Below, piece by piece: positions 33,166 through 41,477 of a DNA stretch of 64,000 bases (the stretch's first letter is position 1; every line of letters starts with the position of its first letter). The DNA is from an uncultured Thermoleophilia bacterium. Its GTDB lineage: Bacteria; Actinomycetota; Thermoleophilia; UBA2241. Both the position numbers and the translations under genes were made by a program. Location: contig CAVQSP010000014.1 of assembly GCA_963715985.1 (NCBI GenBank), positions 64,001-128,000 of the forward strand. Reading direction: 5' to 3'. The notes beneath the pieces are model-generated. The model did no database searches. It was not told where the DNA came from and saw nothing but the letters and a program-made list of their open reading frames with translations.

Positions 33166-33496
33166 GACCTTTGTTCACGTGCGATTCTGCGAAACGAGGA
33201 TCGTGTAGGGGGAGAGTGCTCGGACCACGTCCATCGTGTGGCGTTCGTCGCCGGCAGTCGTCTGCGTGCCTGGGAGGCCGGATCCGGGCCTCGCGTGCCG
33301 GGGTGAGCGTTTTGGCGCGCGGCTGCTCGCGATTTACCGTCCCGATGCGAAGCCCCTGTGCGGCTCGGCCGTACGTTCGCGGCGTCGACCCGGCCACTCC
33401 CCGGCCGCGGGACCTCGGTAGGCGCCCCCAGGTGTCGAAAGGAGCGAGGCGACAGATGGAGAGAACGGTGATGAGTGTGGGCGAGGGGAGGCCGAC

Positions 33497-34441
33497 GTGA
33501 GCGTCCGGCTCTTCTTCGCCACGGACGTCCATGGCTCGGAGGTCTGCTGGCGCAAGTTCATCAACTCCGCCAAGCACTACGGCGCCAACGTCCTGATCCT
33601 GGGCGGCGACATGACCGGCAAGGCGGTCATCCCCATCATCGACAACGGGGGCGGCACCTACACGTTCCACATGCAGGACATCCGCCACGATCTCCAGGGC
33701 GCCGAGGCGCTGGCGGCCAATCGCGCGCGATCAGGATCACGGCTACTACCCCGTGGTCATGACGGCCGAGGAGGGGACCGAGTTCACCAGCGACCCCGAC
33801 AAGCTCGAGGAGCTCTTCCACGATCGATGCGCCAGCACTGTCAAGGACTGGGTCGCGTGGGCCGACGAGCGTCTCGAGGGCAGCGGCATGCGTGCATCGT
33901 CTGCCCCGGCAACGACGACCGACCCGACATCGACGGGCTGCTCGCCACGTCATCGCAGATCGAGGTGGGCGAGGGCAACATCGTCGACCTGCCGGACGGG
34001 ATACCAGCTGGCCTCCAGCGGCTACACGAACCTCACGCCCTGGGACACCCGCGGGAAGAGGACGACGGACAAGCTCAAGGCGCGCATCAGGGCATCGTCG
34101 CGCAGGCCACGGCGAGTCCCGAGCATCTGGTGATGGGCCTGCACGCGCCGCCGTACGACACGCAGCTCGACGTGGCGCCGAAGATCGACTGGGAGACGCT
34201 CACGGTGCAGGGCCAGGACTCCGCCCACGTGGGCTCCACCGCCGTCAAGGAGGTGATCGAGCAGGTCCAGCCCATCCTCTCGCTGCACGGGCACATCCAC
34301 GAGAGTCGCGCCGCCATCCGCATCGGGCGCACGCTGGCCGTCAATCCGGGGAGCTCGTACGTCGAGGGCACGCTCTCCGGGTGCGTCATCGAACTCGACG
34401 GCAAGAAGAAGATCAAGCGCTACAGGCTGACCAGCGGGTGA
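33497..34441 (+). CDS. Icc-like metallophosphoesterase (paralog 2); several compensating frameshifts
   Basis: ATDVHGS, GGDMTGK, PGNDD, HAPPYDT, LHGHIHES, NPGSSY. Confidence 0.85.
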   Translation: MSVRLFFATDVHGSEVCWRKFINSAKHYGANVLILGGDMTGKAVIPIIDNGGGTYTFHMQDIRHDLQGAEALAANRARSGSRLLPRGHDGRGGDRVHQRPRQARGALPRSMRQHCQGLGRVGRRASRGQRHACIVCPGNDDRPDIDGLLATSSQIEVGEGNIVDLPDGIPAGLQRLHEPHALGHPREEDDGQAQGAHQGIVAQATASPEHLVMGLHAPPYDTQLDVAPKIDWETLTVQGQDSAHVGSTAVKEVIEQVQPILSLHGHIHESRAAIRIGRTLAVNPGSSYVEGTLSGCVIELDGKKKIKRYRLTSG

Positions 34442-34519
34442 GAGCCGCGGCGCCTGAAGAGCAGGGGGGACGGCGCTGGCGGGCCGTCCGAGGAGTCGGT
34501 ACTGGAGGAGGTTGGGCAT

Positions 34520-36159
34520 ATGGCGACAAATAAGCCCGCCGAACAGACGCTGTTCGTGCGAAAGGCCAGTGGTCTGGTCAAGGGCTGGTCGACTGGGGAC
34601 GGGTTCCGCTACTCGTTCTTCTCGACGAACATGTTCTTGGGGATCTGGGGCTTCCCTACGCCGTGTTCATCCCCGGCGGCAGCGTGTTCTGGCTGCCATC
34701 ATGATCTGTACCTTCGTGATTTCGAATTGTGGTGTACCGGGCCTGATCTCGGCGATGCCACGAGCAGGCGGTGACTACGTGTGGCAGTCACGCATGTTCC
34801 ACAGCTCGGTCGGCTTCGTGTTGGGGCCACCGGCTGGTGGTTCATCCTCTGGCTGTGGATCCCGATCTACGCCGCCCTGGGCGTGAACTCGTTCATCGAG
34901 CCCGATCCTGCGCATCGTCGGCGCGGACGGCGCCGCCGATTGGCTCGCTCACCAAGAACGGCGTCTTCGTCGCCTCGCTGGCGACGATCGCCCTTGCCGA
35001 CCTACCTCGTCGCCATCGGCATGAAGGCCTACGCCAAGTTCCAGAAGTGGGCCCTCTGGATCGGCCTTGGCGGGCTGCGCGGTGGCGGCCATCCTGCTGC
35101 TCGTGACCTCGAAGGCCAGCTTCATCGAGTCGTTCAACCGCGAGATGCTCGACCTGTACGGCGCCAAGGACGCGTACAGGCCACGCGTCGAGAGCGCCGG
35201 CGAGGGCATGCCGTCGTCCATGTTCGCCGGCAACGTCTGAGGACACGTTCAAGCTCATCCCGTTCATGGCCTTCTGGCTCCTGTGGCCGGTGTGGGGCGC
35301 CACGCTGTACGGCGAGGTCCGCGGCGCCAAGGACTTCCGCAAGAACATCTACCAGATGGCCGGCGGCCTCCTGGCGGCTGGTCGCCATCGTCATCGTCTT
35401 CCTGATCCTCGTGACGAAGACGATGGGCTGGACACTTCTTCGAGGCCACCGCCAACGGCTACATGGGTTCCCTGTACGCGTACATCGACCCCGCGACGCT
35501 GCCGGCCGGCAGCGACTACCTCTCGCCGACGGCGATGATCTCCTGGATCGTCGAGCAACAACGCCTTCCAGGTCGTCCTCATCGCGGTGATATCGCTGCT
35601 GGTGTTCGGCTGGTGGGGCACCGTGTTCCTCTCGTCGACGCGCATGATCTTCGCCTCGGCCTTCGACCGCATCCTGCCGGAGCGCGTCGCGAGGGTGACG
35701 TCGGGCGGCGTGCCGGTCAACGCGCTGCTGCTCATGGCGATCCCGTCGGTCATCGTCTCCGCCTTCTACGCCTACCAGCCCTCGTTCGTGCAGCTCACCT
35801 ACGACGCCACGCTGGTGATCGCCGTCATGTTCTTCGTCACAGGTCTCGCCTTCATGGTGATGCCGTGGCGCGCCAAGTCGATCTGGGACAACTCGGCGAT
35901 TCCCAAGATGAAGATCGCCGGCATCCCGATCCTGGCGATCGCAGCGCTCATCTACGCGATCTTCATGGGGTTCAACCTCTGGCTCTGGTTCTACGACAAG
36001 ACCAACACCTACGGCATCGGCTACAAGAACAAGAACTCCATGATCTTCATGGGCATCCTGTACGTCGCCGCCATCGTGATCTGGATCGTCGCCTGGGCCG
36101 TGCGCAAGCGCCAGGGCATGGAGCTCGAGGCTGTGGCCAAGGAGATCCCGGTCGAGTGA
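34520..36159 (+). CDS. APC-family amine permease, paralog of 17022-18658; many frameshifts
   Basis: FVRKASGLVK, AMPRAGGDYVWQSR, YGEVRGA, AFDRILP, C-terminal KEIPVE. Confidence 0.8.
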
Positions 36160-36262
36160 TCGCCGCAGGCGGATCACCGTCGCGAGGTGACGGAGTCGCT
36201 GAGCGACAATGACTCGTCGAACAGGGGAACGATCGCGAGATTGATTCAGCAGACGCAGGCGC

Positions 36263-36297
36263 CGGCGGCGGCCCGGTGATCTTCCGGGCCGCCGCCG
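36263..36297 (+). terminator. Strong hairpin between permease and mtbB
   Basis: cggcggcggcccgg-tgatctt-ccgggccgccgccg. Confidence 0.55.
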
Positions 36298-36405
36298 TCT
36301 CTGCTCCCGAGTGGGCGTCGCGAAGATGCAGGCGCTCCGCATGAGATCCTCGTGGAGAGGAGCGTTCTACGTGACAACGCCGACGGCAGAGGAGGCCGCG
36401 CTTTC

Positions 36406-37806
36406 ATGAAGATCCTCACAAGAATGGGTGACAGCTCGAACGTCGAGCTGACACGCGACGAGCTGCGCCAGGAGTTCATCGAGGGCTCCGAGCTCGCCGC
36501 GAAGAAGGCCAAGATCCCCGTCCTCACCGAGAACGAGATCGACTACCTCGTCGACATGTTCGCGGCGCCCACGCGTATCTGGGGCGTGCAGCGCGGTAAC
36601 GAGGTCGTCATGACCAAGGACGGCTGCGTCAACGCCCTCAACTCCTCGCGCATGTCGAGCGGCGTGGTCGCTCCTGTCAACCGCGAGGTGGGCGTGCGCC
36701 TCTTCGAGTCGATGCTCGGCTTCGACTCCATGGAGGTCGCGCACAACGACTACTCCGTGAAGCCGCAGCGCTTCCTCAAGGCGCTCGAGCAGCTCCACAT
36801 GGAGATCCTCCAGGAAGTCACCATCTTCCCGCTGTTCTACGGCTTCATGCCCAACCTGGGCCTGTACTACCGGCCGGACGGCTCGTTCGAGAACCCATCG
36901 GACCTCATGCCGCTGGGCAAGATCCCGGAGGCGCGCCGCACGCAGGAAGAAGCGCTCGAGAAGTGCATGGAAGACTGCATGGAGATGAGCGACTGCATGC
37001 TCGAGATGGGCGCCGACGGCATCGACTACGACACCACCGCATCCACCGGCGACGCCGAGTTCCTGGCCGTGCTCAAGACCACCGAGCACGTGGCCGGCGA
37101 GACGGGTCTGCCCGTCGAGGTCGGCATGTCGGCCGAGATGGTGCTCGGCTTCCACGGCGAGCTGGAGTACAACGGCAAGCGGCTCGCCGGCATGTGGCCG
37201 CACCAGCAGCTGCAGGTCTGCGAGGAGGCCGGCGTCGCCATCTTCGGCCCGGTCAGCAACACCAACACCAGGAAGACCGTGCCGTGGAACCTCGCCCGCG
37301 CCCTCACCTTCGTGAAGGCCTGCACCGAGATCGCCAAGATCCCGGTGCACCCCAACGTCGGCATGGGCGTCGGCGGCGTGCCGATGTTCGAGACCCCCGC
37401 CGTCGACGTCGTGACCCGCTGCAGCGCGGCCATGATCGAGATCGGCCACGCCGACGGGTTGTAGGTCGGTACGGGCGACCCAGCCGGCATGCACATGGCG
37501 CATCTGCTGGCCTCGTCGATGGGTGGCATCCGGGCTACCGGAGATCTGGTGGCCCGCATGCAGCTCCAGAAGATGAGGATCCACGAAGCCAAGAAGTACG
37601 TGGCCGACAAGTTGCACGTGACGCCGCTCGACCTGTCCGATCCGACGATGATGCGAGGGCTCAGGGAAGAGCTCGACATCGGCGTTGTGACCGGCGTCCC
37701 GGGCGTCGCCAAGGGCATGGCCGCCAAGGTGCGCATCGCCGAGCTCCTCGACATCGAGATCAACAGCGTGGAGCAGTTCAAGAAGAAGACCGGTCTGCAC
37801 ATGTGA
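36406..37806 (+). CDS. mtbB: Dimethylamine:corrinoid methyltransferase MtbB with in-frame amber (pyrrolysine) codon 353 at 37462-37464; 466 aa
   Basis: [49 protein letters not shown], then ADGL-TAG-VGTGDP (Methanosarcina VDGI-O-IGVGDP), continuing in frame through [12 protein letters not shown] and LREELDIG to TGA; AGAGGAGG RBS. Confidence 0.93.
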
Positions 37807-37818
37807 GCCGGCGGCTGG

Positions 37819-37892
37819 CGGCCGCGGCCTTCGGGTCGCGGCCGTCCGGCTCCAGCAGATCACGAGCCCCGGCCGCCTGAGGCGGTCGGGGC
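37819..37892 (+). terminator. Two hairpins after mtbB (first with cUUCGg loop)
   Basis: cggccgcggcc-ttcg-ggtcgcggccg; gccccggccgcc-tga-ggcggtcggggc. Confidence 0.6.
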
Positions 37893-37909
37893 CCGTTGGC
37901 TTCTGACGC

Positions 37910-38031
37910 GCGCCCCTTGGGCGCGGGGCTTCCGCCGGGTGCGTGCGCCCCTTGGGCGCGGGGCCTCCGCCGGGTGCGTGCGCCCCTTGGGCGCGGGGCC
38001 TCTCGCCGGGTGCATGCGCCCCTTGGGCGCG
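37910..38031. repeat. About 3.5 tandem copies of a 35-36 nt palindrome-containing unit
   Basis: gcgccccttgggcgcggggcYtccgccgggtgcRt at 37910, 37945, 37980, partial at 38016. Confidence 0.9.
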
Positions 38032-38171
38032 CAGCGCGCCTCGACCGCCTCGCCTGCCCCGACCGCCGCCGCTCAGTCTCGCGCCCGTGTGTCCGCGGGC
38101 ATGTTCCGATCCGCGCTTTCAACTGGGCGTACGTTTGGACGTGTGGTTGCCTGAAACCGTCGTCGGGAACA

Positions 38172-38210
38172 TGCCGGCGCCTGCCGGCGCCTGCCGGCGC
38201 CTGCCGGCGG
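38172..38210. repeat. 10-nt tandem repeat, about 4 copies
   Basis: (tgccggcgcc)x3 + tgccggcgg. Confidence 0.85.
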
Positions 38211-38290
38211 CATCTCGCGCTGAGCGTGCCGTCGGCTGCCAGGGGCGGCCGCGAACGGCGTGCGCCTGCCGGCGCCGAGGCGTGGAAGCC

Positions 38291-39217
38291 TCACACGGCC
38301 TTGAGCCACTCCTCGTAGTCGCGGTGGGCGGCGTTGGCCTGCATGCGGTGGATGCGGTCCATGCCGTACCCGTAGAAGTCGAAGTCGAGCTTGGAGAGCG
38401 TGGCCTGGATCATCGCCCAGATGCTCCACCAGAGGTCGGCGACCAGCTTGTGGAGCATCATGCGCGCGTAGCGGTGCTCGTCCATGCCGCCGCAGTAGGC
38501 GGTGAGCACGGCCGTCTCCTCGTCCTCGGTGAGCGGGGTCTCCACGCAGAAGTCGCCGAGGTCGAAGTACGGGTCGCACATGCCGCCGTACTCCCAGTCG
38601 ATGATCCACATCTTGCCGTCCGGGGCGAGGATGAAGTTCTCGCTGAGCAGGTCGTTGTGACACGCCGTGAAGGCCGGCTGGTCGCGCTTCATCGCTTCTT
38701 CGATGCGCGCGCCCTGCTCGAGCATCCAGTCGGTCTCCTCGGGCCGCGGGGCGCCCACGTCCTGCGCCATGCTCAGGTACTGGCGGATCATGTCGAAGAC
38801 GTGGATCTCGTTGTCGAACACCGCCTTGTCGTGATACGTGCGCATGGCGGCGACGATCTTCTCCAGGCGGTCGGGGTGGCCGGCGATGCTCTCGGGGTGC
38901 ATGGTCTCGCCGGCGATGAACGGGACCACCGTGCAGTCGCCGGGCTGGATGACGTGCAGGAGCGGCGGCGTGACGCCGGCCGCCGCCGCCGCCCGGTGGT
39001 TGTTGAGCTCGCGGGTGCGGTCGATGAAGGTCTCGGTGCCCTCGCCGGGGATGCGCAGCACGAACTTGCCGGCGCCCGGGCTGCCGTCGGCGCCGTCGAC
39101 GGTCACCACGTAGTTGCGGTTGGTGATCCCGCCGCCGAGCTCCTCACAGACGATCTCCCTGCCCTGCCACTCGCCGATCCTCGCGATGACGTCATCGACG
39201 CTGATGCGCTCTGCCAT
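38291..39217 (-). CDS. Choline/ethanolamine kinase-family phosphotransferase
   Basis: LGGGITNRNY, VLRIPG, IDR..E, CHNDLLSENF, IIDWEY, DPYFDLG. Confidence 0.88.
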   Translation of the reverse strand: MAERISVDDVIARIGEWQGREIVCEELGGGITNRNYVVTVDGADGSPGAGKFVLRIPGEGTETFIDRTRELNNHRAAAAAGVTPPLLHVIQPGDCTVVPFIAGETMHPESIAGHPDRLEKIVAAMRTYHDKAVFDNEIHVFDMIRQYLSMAQDVGAPRPEETDWMLEQGARIEEAMKRDQPAFTACHNDLLSENFILAPDGKMWIIDWEYGGMCDPYFDLGDFCVETPLTEDEETAVLTAYCGGMDEHRYARMMLHKLVADLWWSIWAMIQATLSKLDFDFYGYGMDRIHRMQANAAHRDYEEWLKAV

Positions 39218-39338
39218 GTGTCTTCCTCACTCTGGTGTGTACGACTGCGACGAAACGGCCGGGGCCCTCGCGCTCTGGGGGGAGCATACGCGAGGGGCCC
39301 CGGCCGCGTCAGGGGGGACTGCGATCAGTGGACCCGTG

Positions 39339-40721
39339 TCAGAGGGCCGGGACCTCGAAGCCCATCCCGGCGAGGTCGGCGCGGACGTCGTCCATCGCCT
39401 TCTGGTACTCGCTGTTCACGATGGCCTTCGTCTTGGGGTCGTAGACCTCCTGGAAGGTCATGCCCTTGTCCGGGTCCTTCAGCTTGTCGCCGAAGAGCGG
39501 GAAGATCTTCTGGGCGATCGGCTCCGCCTCGGCGCGCGTGAGCTTGGCCGCCGCGAGGCCCATCTCGGCGTGGAACTTGTGGTCGTCCGGCACCAGCGAG
39601 TCGGACTGCACGGCCATGGCCGGGTGCCCGGAGAAGACGTTGCCGCCGGAGGTGACGATGGCGAGCAGGTAGCAGGCCATCTCGTAGTGGTACTGCTTGG
39701 TGCCCGAGCCGCCGCCCAGGTACGGCAGGTTGACCATCGGGTAGCCCATGTTGCGGCCGATGGCGGCGTTGCTCATGGCGATGGCCCAGATGAGCGGCTT
39801 GGTGGACGAGAGGTGCAGCTTGCTGTGCAGCGGCGCGTTGTAGTGGTAGGTGCCGCGGAAGACCAGGTTGCCCATGATCATGTAGGCCGTGGCGGTGACG
39901 GCCACGCCCTCGGCGCCGCCCGCGTACCCGCCGAAGAGCGGGGTGGAGGTGGAGCCGATGTTGGCGCTGATGCTGTTGTAGAAGGCCACCTTCTGCAGCG
40001 CCTCGTACCCGACGACCATCTCGGAGAGGAAGTCGATGAGGAAGCCGTCGCTCGGGCGCAGGCCGAAGTCCGGGTAGCTGGCCGCGAACATCGAGGCCGG
40101 CTGAGAGGCGGCGGAGATGCCGTTGATGATCGGGAGGCCTGAGCGGCCGGAGCGGCGGATGCCCTCACGCGCGAGACGCACCGTCTTGCAGGCGGCGAGG
40201 ATCTCCTGCGGCGAGCGCACGCGGGAGTCCTTGCCGCGCAGGTGCAGGATGCTGGGCACGCTCACCGAGTCGACGATGTTGAAGGACGCCATCTTCTCGA
40301 CGGTGTCCATGAACACTTGTTCGTCGGTGGTGTAGATGCCGCCGCCCACGTGCACCCACGGGCGGTCGTCAGTGGTGTCCGGGCGCCGCCCGTACATGGT
40401 CTTGCGCTCGCGGCCCTCGCCGAAGGTGGCGCCGTTGGGGGCCTGCGAGCAGGCGAGCAGGATCTCGTCGCGCGTGAACTGCATCACGCGGTTGGTCTCC
40501 GGGCAATACGCCCCGGCCTCGGCGATGAGGTCCACGGCCGCCTGGAAGACGCGGTCGGTGAGGTCGTCGTCGGTGTTGATGATGGTCGCCTTGTCCCACT
40601 TGACCGCGTGGCGCGCGATCACCTCGGCGAGGGTGGGCACGTAGCGCTTCATGTAGTAGTCGGTCTCGGACGTGAGCGGACCGGTCTCTGCGCGGTCGAA
40701 CACCTCGATCAGGTCGATCAT
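39339..40721 (-). CDS. Monomethylamine methyltransferase (MtmB) family protein, non-pyrrolysine
   Basis: FDRAETGP, DDDLTDRVFQAA, YCPETNRV, SP.EILA, FGGYAGGAEG, GMTFQEVYD; 460 aa with no amber. Confidence 0.88.
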   Translation of the reverse strand: MIDLIEVFDRAETGPLTSETDYYMKRYVPTLAEVIARHAVKWDKATIINTDDDLTDRVFQAAVDLIAEAGAYCPETNRVMQFTRDEILLACSQAPNGATFGEGRERKTMYGRRPDTTDDRPWVHVGGGIYTTDEQVFMDTVEKMASFNIVDSVSVPSILHLRGKDSRVRSPQEILAACKTVRLAREGIRRSGRSGLPIINGISAASQPASMFAASYPDFGLRPSDGFLIDFLSEMVVGYEALQKVAFYNSISANIGSTSTPLFGGYAGGAEGVAVTATAYMIMGNLVFRGTYHYNAPLHSKLHLSSTKPLIWAIAMSNAAIGRNMGYPMVNLPYLGGGSGTKQYHYEMACYLLAIVTSGGNVFSGHPAMAVQSDSLVPDDHKFHAEMGLAAAKLTRAEAEPIAQKIFPLFGDKLKDPDKGMTFQEVYDPKTKAIVNSEYQKAMDDVRADLAGMGFEVPAL

Positions 40722-40769
40722 TGTCTGGCTCCTGTGCTGGCGGGTTCGCGGGTCGGCTGACGGTCGCGG

Positions 40770-41417
40770 TCAGGAGACCAGCTTGCTGGCGAGGGTGACC
40801 GCATCGTAGGCGTTGGCGGCCCAGCCGTCGGCGCCGATGGATGCGGCCCACTCCTCGGTCGTGGCACCGCCACCGACCATGACCTTGTACTTGTCGCGCG
40901 TGCCCTGGTCCTTGAGTGCGTCGATGACGTCACGCTGACCGATGAGCGTGGTGGTGAGCAGCGCCGACATGGCGATGATGTCGGCGCCGACCTCGTTGGC
41001 CTTGTCGACGAACTTGAACAGGTCCACGTCGATGCCGAGATCGTGGACCTCGTAGCCCGACGTCTCGAAGAGCAGCTTGAGGATGTTCTTGCCGATCGAG
41101 TGCAGGTCGCCCTTGACGGTGCCCAGCACCACGATGCCCTTCTTGGGGCCGCTGCCGCCGGCTTCCTTGATCAGCGGCTCGAGAACGCCCATCGCCGCCT
41201 GGAAGGCGAGCGCCGACTGCATCAGCTCGGGCAGGAAGATCTCCTCGTCCTCGAACTGCTGGCCGATGACGTTCAGGCCGGGCAGCAGGCCCTGGTCGAT
41301 GATCTCCTGCGCGCTCATGCCGTCGGCGAGCGCCTTGTCGACGGACTCGAGCACGGCGTCCTGGTCCTGGTCGACGACGGCCTGCTTCAGCTGGTCATGC
41401 ATCGCTTCGTTTCCCAT
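40770..41417 (-). CDS. Corrinoid protein (MtmC/MttC-like)
   Basis: EIFLPELMQSA, GTVKGDLHSIGK, SALLTTT, MVGGG. Confidence 0.93.
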   Translation of the reverse strand: MGNEAMHDQLKQAVVDQDQDAVLESVDKALADGMSAQEIIDQGLLPGLNVIGQQFEDEEIFLPELMQSALAFQAAMGVLEPLIKEAGGSGPKKGIVVLGTVKGDLHSIGKNILKLLFETSGYEVHDLGIDVDLFKFVDKANEVGADIIAMSALLTTTLIGQRDVIDALKDQGTRDKYKVMVGGGATTEEWAASIGADGWAANAYDAVTLASKLVS

Positions 41418-41477
41418 GAGTGACTCCCCTCGTCTGCTTGCGTGTCTGTGAGTTCGTGCGTGCGCGTGCCCGCGGGC

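Noticed and set aside
33308-33330. Sigma-54 promoter-like TTGGCGCG...TGCT
   Set aside because: GG to GC spacing is 9 nt rather than the required 10
3600-35600. Many frameshifts as pseudogenes or programmed frameshifting
   Set aside because: Spread over unrelated genes, often compensating, motifs intact, no premature nonsense codons; fits long-read indel error
37910-38031. CRISPR array
   Set aside because: Linkers are near-identical, not unique spacers; no cas genes
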